Shown here in pieces: positions 1 through 11,661 of a DNA stretch of 61,187 nucleotides (position 1 is the stretch's first letter; each line of letters begins with the position of its first letter). The DNA lies in NCBI GenBank assembly GCA_000320545.1, contig ADNK01003228.1, forward strand, positions 1-61,187, given 5' to 3'. Made by a program: the position numbers and the translations under genes. Origin of the DNA: Bigelowiella natans CCMP2755 (Eukaryota; Protista; Cercozoa). Under the pieces are notes generated by a model, which saw only the letters and a list, made by a program, of their open reading frames with translations, ran no database searches and was not told where the DNA came from.

Positions 1-24
1 CGAAGAAGTCCGAGCACAAGGAAT

Positions 25-2150
25 GTCGTCGGCTTGGTGATGTCAGAGTTCTCGTTTAATATTTTATTAATGTACTTTTTGCCTTTGTCGATATCCCAAT
101 CATCAGCTGGGGGGGTCTTGTCCAGTAGCTCCGTTATCTGTCGGATGGTCTTGCCGGGGTTCTTCTTCCGTAGCTCGGTAGGTGTAGGTAGCTTGTTGTC
201 CGCTAGGTCCATAAACTCTAACGCATTAACGCTTGACTCAGAGGTCCACTCGTCAAGCCGTATCATGTTCTGGCTGATGGTCCTGCCTGACTTCTTTGGC
301 AACTTAGCAAAGTATATCTTGTGATTGTAGAATGATATGATCCCCCCTAATTTTTCTAGGGCATCCTGTCCGAGGAGTAGTTCCATGGATAAAGTCATGG
401 CTACTCGGGTCTTGATTTGGGTCTCCGCGTCGCTGCCAGGTATCTGTAGCTTTAGCATTAGCTCACCGACGGTCTTCATGGAAGAGCTTCCGTCTGCTTG
501 AGCATATTTACGTTCTTTCTTAGTCACTTGATCCAATAGTCCTAACCTTCTTACTGTGCTTAGGCTTATGAAGGACTTCGGCATGCTGCCACTATCCCAA
601 AGGGCAGGTAGTTTCTTGTAGTCTCCGTAGCTGTCTTTAACTTTAACCTTGGTCATAGCAACTTTGATAGTCCTGTTAGCGTCTTCGTCATTAATGTTGC
701 ATACTCCTAAGTTCTTTATGTCGTCTAGGGTCATGGGCTTGTCTTGGTCCTGCGTTGCTGGTACTGCTGTCTTCGTCGGCGCCTGCTTAAGGTGATCTAA
801 TATTCCGTTTATCTGCTGCTGTATAGCATTGATACTGTTCTGCTTTTTGTTCTTATATTTATTGTTCTTCCCGTTGTTGCTGCCTTGCCATTTGCTGTTG
901 TTATATCCTTGTCCTCTGCCTTTCTTTCTCTTTAACTTCTCGTAGTGTTCGTTGAGCTGCCTGATCGTCATCCTGGGTCGTCCTTCTTTCCTGTCTCTGC
1001 AGTCTTTAGCGGTGTGTTTCCCTTTACGTGAGCAGTATCCGCAACGTCGGTTACCTTCCCTGTCCTTGTACCAGTCTCGCTGCGGCTTAATAGCGTTAAT
1101 GTTTCCTATGCCAGGTACCTTAGGGCTGGTAAACTTGCGGTCCTGCTCCTGCTCGCGTAGGGATATAGCCTGCACTGCTGCCTCCATCGTGGTGTAGCCT
1201 TTCTCCGTAACGTAAGTGGATTCCTTTATCTTTAACTTGAACTCTTCAAACCTTGCCTGATCATCACCTGTGTTGTAATTAAAATCATGTAGTTCGTCGA
1301 TCATATCCTGGAAGCGCGTGGCAAAGTCTCTAACAGGTTCTCTCTCATGCTGCATCATTGCTCTGTATTTTCTAATAGCCTGGGGTAGGGAGTTAGCATC
1401 CTGTTCATTTACAAAAGCCTTCATTATCGCCTCAACGTCTCGTAGCCCACTAACTGTAGTGTGTATTTTCTCTAGCTGCCTGATCCGGGTCCTGCCTGTC
1501 TCGTAAAGGTCCATGGCTTGCTTTATTATAGCTAGCCATTTGAGCTTGTCGTTTTCGGTGGGGTTAGGGGTAAAGTCGCAGAGTATACTCCTAGCGTTCT
1601 TCCACCACCTCCTTGCCTCACCTCTTTTCCCGTTGTATTTCGTTATCATAACCGGTGCTGTTTTAACAGACATGAACTGGGTGTTCCGCTGTACCGGCTG
1701 CTGCTGCTTGACGGTGCTCTGGGTCGTCCCCCGCGAGGCGCCCAGACCCCCGTCGTTCCTAAACAAAGCTGCCCACTCTGGAGGTAAGTCTGCTTCGTAA
1801 TCCATGATGTCCTGCATGATAGCTGCCCAAACATCATGTGTCTGATACTTGTATTCTATCGATACTTTCAGTTTGGCGTAGTTGCTCGCCCTGGGTCGCA
1901 AGGCTCGTAATGCCATTACGACCTTCTTGCTTTCGGCGGCCACGTCCTCGTCGTCCGCCTCGTAGAAGTTCTCCAGTGCCTCTGCTGCTGCATCTGCTTT
2001 CTTAATCCCGGGTGCTGGTCCCGGCGGTGCCTGTGGAGGTGTTCCTCCTCCTTCCTTAGCGTCCGTATCGCCCTTCCTTTCCTGTTTCTGCTCGTGCCCT
2101 TGCACGGCCTGCGAGCCAAAGTCCTGCTGTTCTTCTAGCTGCTGTGACAT
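25..2150 (-). CDS. Gag-Pol N-terminal part (capsid, zinc knuckle, aspartic protease), partial
   Basis: ATG at 2150 (MSQQLEEQ...). MHR-like segment MQHEREPVRDFATRFQDM, knuckle CGYCSRKGKHTAKDC and protease ALWDSGS. The frame stays open to the window edge. Confidence 0.9.
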
Positions 2151-2166
2151 TGTTAGTCAAATCGTT

Positions 2167-2184
2167 TCCCGTGTGTGGAAGCCA
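2167..2184 (-). promoter_or_regulatory. Primer-binding site (TGGCTTCCACACACGGGA)
   Basis: Starts with TGG (complement of tRNA CCA), 5 nt inside the 5' LTR. The same sequence is at 57710-57727. Confidence 0.8.
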
Positions 2185-2189
2185 AAGGT

Positions 2190-2515
2190 TGTTGCGCGTA
2201 AGGTGTTCACAGGCCGAGGCGCTACGTGCACAAGTAGGCAGGGGGGGGGAAAGGCACGTTTGCTTCCTTTTGAAGAGTTGTGTTTATTTTTATTAAAGAT
2301 TATATTTTTATTAAATCGTGCACTGCGTAATCATTCGCGAAGCTTTCGCGAATGCCGCCGCACGTGGGGCAGCACACTTCCGGTGTGCTGCCATGAGTCC
2401 CGCCGGAACCCACGTGCCTATGCTGTATTAATATCTACGTTATCTATATTCTATATCCGCGACAACCCCTTTGTTGTCGCACGTGACTTGTGCCCGCGTA
2501 GTGGTACGCGCTACA
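2190..2515 (-). repeat. LTR (326 bp), 5' LTR of copy 1
   Basis: TG...CA ends with an imperfect 11-bp terminal inverted repeat (tgttgcgcgta / tacgcgctaca). Identical by eye to 52407-52732, 57733-58058 and 58957-59282. AATAAA motifs on the minus strand. Confidence 0.97.
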
Positions 2516-2582
2516 TTCTCTGGTTCTCTAGTTCTGGCTAGCTGGGCTTGGCTAGGTGGCCGAAGTGAGTCCACATGTCTAG

Positions 2583-2583
<1 letters not shown>

Positions 2584-2631
<48 letters not shown>
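2584..2631. repeat. (GT)n microsatellite
   Basis: Directly visible dinucleotide run. Confidence 0.95.
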
Positions 2632-2632
<1 letters not shown>

Positions 2633-3345
2633 ATCCACATGCGCAGACATTGTGGACTTGAGTGTTGCTCATCTAGCTCCATGGCTAGATAGCTCTAGCT
2701 AGCTAGGCACAGCAAATACTATGCACTCTCTAGCTCTACATAGCACTACTAGACTATGTAGCATAATCAAGCCAGCAGCACGCATGCATGTACGTCTAGC
2801 TCTAGGTCTAGACGTGCATGTAGCTAGCTAGACAGCGGTGTGGGTGCACACGCACGTACACATCTAGATGTGGTAGCATTGTTAGCACATCTAGACATGC
2901 TAGCAGCATGTGTCATGACAGATAGACTTCTCACAAGGATCGAATTCAAGAATTGCATTGCGACAATGCTGAACTGGCAACATGCATCTAGACAGGCATC
3001 GCAGTGGATGATGGAGGGGAAACACTGCACGCATGTTTGCACATTACATGTGAAGCAGCAGACAGATGAATTCGGCAATTGTTCCATTTGCCCTTGCCCA
3101 TTTCATTTATTGTGAACATCATTGCGATGTTTCAAATGCACAGCACGCCGAGCAATGAAACTGATTATGAGTAAAATGACAGTGACGTGTTGATGACAAC
3201 ATGAAATGTTGTAGGGATACTTGGACACACAACAATTACACTACATCTATCCTTGAGCGGGGATGCGTCTCATGTGATGGAATGGTCGATTTCCAACATT
3301 GCTTTGCTTCATGCCTATACATAATTAGTCACACCCGTGAAAAAC

Positions 3346-5120
3346 TCATGTGCAGCTCATTCGTACAACTTTTCCGAAGCTTGGAGGTCCCGGCGTCGAA
3401 GTTGCGCTCTGAGCGTTAGGTGACACAAATCCGTTCTGATATCCTGGGGATGAGAATCCGCTTTGATATCCCCGATATACATCTTGGACTTGAGATGTAT
3501 GATGGAAAGCCTTTTTAATGACATTATGCAGATGGCTTCGTGCAGATGGACGCGAACGAGACTGCCATAAAACAAATGAAACATCATTCAAACCAAAACT
3601 AGAATCATAGATTAATAAAACAATATATCGACCCGTTCTCTCATCTGAGTGGAATCGCAAGTTTCATAGGAAAGGAGAGGCAGCGAACTAAACATTTTCG
3701 TCAACTCCCGGTGAAGGAGGGCCTGGAAAACATTCAAAAACAATAGTTGAAGTCATAAGACCAGATTCCAGCAGTACTGCTCTGAAGCATTTTTTGGTAA
3801 CTTCGGGCAACTACCTTTTGATAAATGAGCGGCGAGTTCGGAGACAAGCCGAGAACCTTGAGATATACATAGAGAAGGTGCCGGCAAGGTAGTTGCCCTA
3901 AGAAGCCCAAAAATATGAGAATTTCGCTGTTAATGGAGAGATAATCATCCAAATCGGAATTCTTTGCATCATTTACAGTTTACTCAAAAGATCTGTTATT
4001 CTACGTATACCTCGTTGGAAATCGTGGCAGGTGCATTTTGGGAAGCTAGACACATCAATGGTTTGGACCCCTCCACTTGTGCCTTGAACCCAAAACCTGA
4101 TAGCATTCAATGATGGGTACATTTGGAAGGTTAGTACAAGACCAAATCACCATGATAAGTGATTTAATTGTTGTCTTTTGAAATACTTTTCGCTCTCTGC
4201 CATTAATATCTTTTATTAGTTTAAAGGAGTCTTCCACATACGTTTTATGCACTGCAGTTCTTGATTTGGAATCGATGAGAAGCAAATTCCTTCTTAGAGC
4301 TCTGTCTAATCTCTCTGAGAAATCATGAGGAGGGTTCGGCCTGTAAGGTGCAAGGCGGTCTGTTACTTTTGCATAGGGACTCTTTTGGAAGCTGCTTTCC
4401 AAATCGTCGTTATCTGCCCTCCGTCTGCTTTGTAGCGCACCCAATTGCTGCATGCATTATTCATTTTTTTTTAAATTCTTATAGACGATATCATCAATAT
4501 ACTATTAAATAACAGCATTTACCTTCAGCTTCCAAACGTCATTGCTGAGGTAAATTCCCAGCGAAATAACCATGACAACCGACGAAAAAAGTGCAAACGC
4601 GTGTATCCTGTTAATGACAGCCATCGTCAGCGGAGACTTATCAATAAAAAATATTGGCTCTCTCTCTCTCTCCTTGAACATGGTACGGATGTACATGAGA
4701 TCTCATCACACCTTTGCAAAAAGTATTTCTGGAACATCCTTGAAGGATCCCCAGATACTGATTTTAGTTTTGGGTTAGTATCTGTAAGAATTTGGGTTAG
4801 TATCTGTAAGAATTTATGATGAAGAAGTCGGAAGCTATTCTCCTATCTCCCAAGAGATATGTGATGTGCACCTAATCCTTCTTTTTCTCCCCCCTCCGCA
4901 CGGCTATGAGGGTTCTTCTGCTGTCAAAAAGTTAATGATGCACTTTTCAGCGGAGGGCGGGCGTTCTTTCCCGACTTCGGTTTGTATCGAGAAGCTTCCG
5001 ATAGCAAAGGAAGGCCACTGTGTTGCGCTGATATTTTGGAACATGCACCTCTACCTTCGGTTGAGCGCCATCTCTGTTCCGTTGACGCAGGGAGAGGATC
5101 TCCACATATTTCCTCGACAT
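3346..5120 (-). CDS. SWIM zinc-finger protein with an N-terminal transmembrane helix (multi-exon; 3' end approximate, 3310-3346)
   Basis: Spliced exons give MSRKYVEIL..., TM IHAFALFSSVVMVISLGIYL, ERLDRALRRNLLLID, FWVQGTSGGVQTIDVSSFPKCTCHDFQR-GQLPCRHLLYVYLKVLGLSPNSPLIYQK-ALLHREL. This is a CxC...CxH SWIM motif in the ZSWIM2/MEKK1-like context. Confidence 0.8.
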
Positions 5121-5519
5121 GATTTGGCGGGAGCGTGTTTCTGATGCGGACACTGCCGGTCAACGCCAGGTGCTTGAGAAAATGTAAGGGAAGAAAAGGT
5201 TTTATTCCCGTTCGCGGAGATAATTTACGAAAGGACTATTACATCCTTGACGTAATTCAATTTTGCATTACGCTTGAAGAAACTATGCCATTTGAAGTTC
5301 AGTTTAGAACTTAAACTTGTTCGAGCAACCATTCGCCTTCAGGCTTAGGCTCGCCCAACCAACAGAAGAATCCCGGTTATTTACGCATCATTAATGAATT
5401 TCATGGCAATTTTATGTCGCCGACTGACACCATGAGAATTTTTTCTCGAAAGTTTCTATCCAAGAGAAGTAGGGAGGAGTTTTGCCTACGTCTGAACCGT
5501 GTCCACCAGCCACGAGCCA

Positions 5520-7011
5520 ATGCTCCCTCCCCTTCCCCAACGGCGGCGAGGCTCTACGGCTGCTGGATACCTTCTTGTAATTGTATTCGTAGCATCACTG
5601 TCCATACATGTGGCTCGTTCAGGATCGGAATTGCTGGGGCACCAGCTACCTACGATAATCCGAGGACGCAGCTATTGTAAACCACGCTTTTTTTTACATT
5701 CGTTTGAGATAATTTTTGACACCAGCAATGTGAAGATGGCAGAGTTATTGAGAGATAACATTTGCATTAAATAATTTGATGCCGATATGCGGAATATTTC
5801 ATCTCCTTCACCCGAGTCGTTGTAGTATCTGTGATCTATGCATGAGAATTGGTTCTCGACTAAGAGTATTCGGTGGTGCAGTTATTACTAATTTATATCC
5901 CTATTGATATTACTGTGGAATACAGTAAATCACCCTCGGAGATCAATTGGACAGGGAGAAGGTTTCAATGGAAACTGGAGGATGTCGACAGTAATCCAGG
6001 AGAATAGCAGGGCCGATATACTTTCGAAAAGAGCGAGCGTGTTTCCATGGTTTAGTCAAGCGTCCGTAACTATCAAACCTGCTGAGCGTAATCAACTCCA
6101 ACCTCTGTCGTCTAAAAGTGTCCTAGACGATCTCGCCTCATTGTGCACGGTCGGAAGCAGAACAATGCTTAATCCCGATAGAATATGTCTTTGTCTCACA
6201 TGAAAACTTTCTAATTCAACGTCATTTGTGAGTCGATCGAGAGATACTAAAAGGGTATTTTCCATAATATTTACTTTTGCCAGGATGCTATTTTCCAGCC
6301 TTCGTCGCAGCGACTTGCAAATGACATTGAAAAATACCTTTACAAAAAGATTATTGAAAGGTACCGAATTCCACCAAAATCGTTCACGTCTTTTAAAAAG
6401 AAAATTACTAATTAAATTGCAGGTATGGCCCCTCGAATTCGAATGAAAATTGTTTATTTCTAGCACAAAGTGAAAGCGCTGCAGTAGCTAATGGACTATC
6501 TCCCTCAACATCTCCTTCGTCTGTCGTGGGGTGCGTGGGTCTCGAGGTGAGCATGCGAATACAGACACACTTATTAACCCCTGGCATCATCACATCCATC
6601 ATCATTATCATCATCATCATCATCACCACCATCATCTATATTTTTTCCTTTTTTCCATAATTAAATTATTAGGTGGTACCTGTGACTTTGGATGGAAAGC
6701 CTGAGGGTGAAGATGTCCAGCCAAGGCCGTTACTGGGTACTAAGATAGGAAAAGTGACGATGTAGCTTAAGTTACACTCGAAAAGGCACGATCAGCCTCA
6801 CAAGTGAACACCAAGCTTCACTATCTCGTAGCTTCAATCTTTCCAGTTGTCAAATGTTGACTGCTTCATTTATTATTATCCTAACTCTCTTCTCTTCCTC
6901 TTCCTCAAAATGTAGAGTTTTTGGCTGTAGACCCCTCGGCACGTGGACGGGGCATAGGGAAATCATTATTGAAGTAGAACCTCACATCACGACATGGAGG
7001 AGGACTATAGA

Positions 7012-7068
<57 letters not shown>

Positions 7069-8017
7069 GAGTTTCGCATAAATTAAGTTTTCTTACGGAT
7101 TAGAGCGCAAGACCGAACCAATGAGCGATGATACAAAAATGAGCCCCGCTCCTCGGCTATCGACCAATGATGTTGAGCGAAATATTGTATTGATGTATTT
7201 TATGTCTTCGCTTGTTTTCATGGCGATTAAACACTGCTATTGTCTGTGAAAATGTAGGCAATGCGAAGCAAAAGCCCGGGAATGGGGATACGACGAAATA
7301 ATCCTGCAGGTTGCTTCACCCAACTTTTCATTCTCATTGATTCAGAGGAAATGACAATAAGTTGCACATTTCTCGCACGCCACAAATAAAGGATGAATTA
7401 AGTTGGAACTTTTTTCTACTCTTATGTGTGTGAAATTTTGCTCCTTCTCACGATCACCACTGCTGTCACCTTAGTTATATCAGAATTAATATAAGTCTCC
7501 ATTCTTTCCTTGTTAATAGGTTGCTGCAGATAACGACGTAGCAATCAACCTATACAAAAAGGTAAAAGTAATAATCAAGCTTGAGTTCATAGCGCGTTGG
7601 GAAAATATATCAGCGGATTGCAACAAATCACTACTTCACTATGATTTCTTTCAAATTTTTGATTATGTTGACATCGATATTGAACAATGCGTAGGCCGGA
7701 TACTCTATCATTGCGGAGGATAACACGATCTTACGGCCAAAGGTACTCGATCATTACTCGTCTTCTATTTAGCTGCATTATAATCTCAAATAAATGCACA
7801 TCCATGAGCTGATTGTTTGACGTAACGGCATTTGCATGCATGTTGTCTTTAAATATAATTGCAAATCCTGACCTACGACTTAACGATGAGGCACTGATTA
7901 CATTCGTTATTTTAGGAAGGAGGCTTGTTCGGAGGGATGGGGTTTGAACCTGCGTTACATCTTTGTTTGCGCAAAGAGCTATCTTCAGGACCATTTCTCT
8001 TCCCGAAGTTTTTCTAA
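5520..8017 (+). CDS. GNAT-family N-acetyltransferase with a hydrophobic N-terminal leader (multi-exon)
   Basis: Exons give VVGCVGLE, EFLAVDPSARGRGIGKSLLK (acetyl-CoA motif A), QCEAKAREWGYDEIILQ-VAADNDVAINLYKK-AGY (motif B). Stop TAA at 8015-8017. Leader YLLVIVFVASLSI. Confidence 0.88.
7018..7071. repeat. (GA)n intronic microsatellite
   Basis: Directly visible. Confidence 0.9.
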
Positions 8018-8942
8018 TCGACTGGCATCCGGGCAATATAAAGACCGTCTTGAATCTGATACACGCCATGCCGATTTTGGATGTTATGTAAGCCACTTAT
8101 ATGCATAAACATGAAACAAAGGCGCACGACGCCCCTTGCAAGGGCCCAAAGAGTAGTGAACGGCTTGTACAATTCACCTCAATTTGCTTATTACTAGACT
8201 GTTGCACGTTGCACATGCAAGAAATGTCGTAAGTAACATCTATTAAATAAAAAACTAACTGCCGTGCCCCAGCCACGCAAAATATCGTGATAATGTGGTA
8301 GCACGATAACAACTACATACAGCGACATTCGAGCTAGAGCGGGGTCATGTAATAGCGTGCATGGCCCCGCTAAAATATTGGCATCATTGTTGTTTAGAAA
8401 GAGAACATGTGCAAGCAAGGTATTTTCGACTATTGCTCGCTTGCGCTCATTTGTTGTGACATACAGCTATCTTATGAGTGAGCAATAATCATTATAGCAG
8501 GGCCAATGATGATTCTACTTTTGGAATGGTAGTTGCATGCATCTAAGATGGACTATCACCGCTCAACTATTGTACCCGCTTGTCAAATTTGGACGACGAC
8601 CAACAAATTGCAAGGCAATCGCACGCAGCAGCGCTAGACACTCTTGACACTACGTGTTAGCGTGCATGCCATTACGCGATGCAGGGAATGCAATGAACCA
8701 ATAACAAGCGCGATTCAAGCGATTGCTAATCATTAGCACGCGCCACTGGTCACTGTTCTTTGTTGTACTTCTAAGCGAAGGGAGGACGCATGCTGCCCTC
8801 AGAGACTTTAAGTCTGTGTATCAATGTGTTAAAGTGTGCTTTCCATCAATGTGTGTGAGTGTGTCAGGGTGTCTTGGTTGACTGGTGCTTGATGATGAAA
8901 TCAGCTGTATGAGGACGAATTCATTGTGACGTACGTGTCTTC

Positions 8943-10616
8943 TTAATCCCATCGCAACAACAACGTCCTGACAGGTATTGATGACGACGGAGATTGCTTA
9001 TTGCCACAGCCATCCGTAGTAGAATGGGAGGAAGGAGAATGTGCTGGATCAGGAAGATTCATTTCCACAAAGTAATACATGTTCTCAGTACTACTGGAAG
9101 GAACGCTGCCCGCCGTGTGTTCCATTTGTGTGAAACTGAGCTTTTGCCGGTTTCCGTGCTGAATATCTGGCTGTTGTTGTTGCTGTTGTTGTCCGTCCTC
9201 TATGAGCCATACAGATGAAGGGGCTCGAGAGACAACGCAAGCAAATCTTCCAACCCCCCTGACCCCAATCTTCACAGCAGTACCTACCACGCCCCCGGCT
9301 GCTGCTGCTGCTACAGTTTCTTCTCCCCCCCCCCCCTTCTCTATATATTTGTGCTGTTCCAAAGACGTAACCGCTCCTCCTCCATTGATCATGTCCACGC
9401 ACCCTAGGGCAGCCAAGTGAATAGCAGTCTCCTTCAGGCCTTTTGAGTCGCCGTTATCGTCGGCTGCTGTGAGGCTTGTGAAAGGAGCGACAATGTAAAT
9501 GTCTGTCTCGTTCTCACGGAGAATACGAGTGACGGCGCCATCACTTTCTGTGCTGACAATAGAAAGCTCTTGGGATATGTGTGAAAACATTGCATAGGTG
9601 CCTATATTAGACGCAGAAAAGCCATCAACATCGCTCGGCTTTATGACGGCCTTAACGGCAACGCCCTTCTCCGCTCCTAAATTGCTGTCCATATGCAGCA
9701 GATTTGCATAGTCGTGCTTTTGCTGATTCCATCCCCATCCCTGCACGTTGAAGGCAGCGACAACTCCATTGACTGCATTGCGGTTCCACACCTTGAGCGC
9801 CGTCCTTTTATCCGTTTGTACGCTGGCAAACAAGGAGTCTCTCGTTGGCCTTCCTGGTAGCATGCCACGGTAAGTTGTACCGTCAGGAAGTACGAGCTTC
9901 TGGAGGATTTCACTGTCGGAGTTTGCAACTCGATCGGAAACATAGATTGGACAGCCGCCAACACCACGAGCAACGGCGTGTAGCATTGCTGCAGGGTGTA
10001 GTGACTGGAAACAATCCCAGTCAGGAATCACAATCTCCCCCAAGAATAGCGAGTTGTAAGCGCAGCTAGCAACGTGCTGCAGGTGACTCCGATCATCCTT
10101 TGGGTAGAAATCGTCAGAAGCTCGTGCAATAGGTGTGTCGCGAAAGCTGAAGAGATTTTCAGATGCATGTGCCATACACCCTATCACATTGCTGCTCAGA
10201 TGCTTCTTCGCGGACGCTTCCATGTTGTGGACGAAGTGGCGAGTTAATGCCGCCCCCCCCCCCAGCCCGGTGCCGAGGACTGAAAGGACTGACTGTGCGT
10301 CCACTTTCACGCCATCTGCGCGCATATTGCCTAGATACCCATGGAGATTATCGTAGAAAAGCCCTGCTTTCTCACGGTTAACTAGCCCAATTCCAGAGAA
10401 GGTAGAAGGGGTCCATGCTAAAGCAGGTTCTACGCACAGAATACGTGCATCGTAGCTCTGTGATTCTGCTACAGGTTGAATACATGGATAACGGATTTGG
10501 GGTTCAAAGGCCTGCATATCTGGCGATTTCGGATCGACGCCCAACCAGTAACTGATTGGGGGTTTGGAGGGGGAAGTGGGGATAGCGAGCACAGTCATCG
10601 AGGACATGAGGAAACA

Positions 10617-10651
<35 letters not shown>

Positions 10652-10670
10652 CCACCACATATAAATGTAA

Positions 10671-10707
<37 letters not shown>

Positions 10708-11627
10708 AATGATGCATAATACCCCAAGAGCGCATGCCAGCAGTACACATACGTAACGTTTTGCGAGTCTTTGACATGATCAATCAATTCTCCCAGCCGT
10801 TCAAACTTTCGATTTGCCTCCACGCGGCTCAGTCTCTTAGACCAATCAGTCGCATCTGCGTAGTACCTAGCAACCAGATCAACAACCATCAAGATGGCGA
10901 CTCGCATAGTTGTTATTAGCATGACGTAACTGCATCAGCTGTGAGCGCAAAACCGTGTTTGTAAGGAATCTCCAGAGTTTGACAGGCCATGAATGCACAG
11001 ATGAAGGAGAAACAAATCTTTGGTAAAACCAAGAAAGAGCCTGAACTGCAATATTAGCATCCTTCTCGGCATAATCATCAGCTGCTATCACGCCTCCCCC
11101 CTCCAGATCCTCAATTTTCACGTCTGAGCGTAAGTCAACAATCTGCTCTCCTTCATTAGCTCTACCATTACCATCGCCCTCGTTGCTGTAAAAGCCCTGA
11201 TCGTTGCCCCCGCCCTCGCTCTCCTTCTCACCGTCGTTCTTCGTAGACTGCCAACCATCATCGAGAATTATCATCTTGACGGGAATCCCAGCATTGGCAA
11301 ATTCGTCCAATCCCCTTTTCACACCCTCCGGGCTGACACGGCTATAGAATGCGTCCCATGTGCACCATCCGAACACCTCTGCCGACCCGGGAGCTGATTT
11401 CTCCTCTCGTAGACGGAACGTTGCATGAAACTTGGAGAGAAACGCTACAGCGCGTTGTGTTAACGCAAATGGGTCTCTCCCCGCCCCTATATAGAGCGAG
11501 CTCGGTACTCTCACGGCTTCTCCTAGATTACCGGGGAGGGAGGGGTCTCCGCTCTCCAGGCTTAATTGCAGCGATGAAGAGGATGAGGAGGAGGGATACA
11601 AAGCAGTTCGGAACAGCTGGTCTACCT

Positions 11628-11661
<34 letters not shown>

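Larger units (their letters stand above)
25..2515 (-). mobile_element. Ty3/Gypsy LTR retrotransposon copy 1 (5' LTR, gag, protease; 3' part absent at the window edge)
   Basis: Near-identical to ~55829-58058 of copy 2 but retains a 264-bp gag segment (1307-1570) missing there. LTR at 2190-2515, PBS at 2167-2184. Confidence 0.95.

Noticed and set aside
1-55. The first 24 nt do not match the retroelement, and there is a 3-bp deletion near position 49
   Set aside because: It is at the window edge and could be a truncation junction, an adapter remnant or low-quality consensus. This cannot be decided without reads.
1307-1570. The 264-bp gag deletion as a spliced-out intron
   Set aside because: The boundaries are not GT/GC..AG on either strand.
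2173-2541. Plus-strand ORF running through every LTR (VARKVFTGRGATC...), also at 52234, 57716 and 58901
   Set aside because: It is antisense to the element, has no ATG start of its own and no recognisable motifs. It recurs only because the LTRs are identical.
10504-10783. ORFs with YIYIYI, CVCVCV, HTHTHT or poly-I/M runs throughout the ORF track
   Set aside because: These are translations of intronic microsatellites or shadow frames of real genes.
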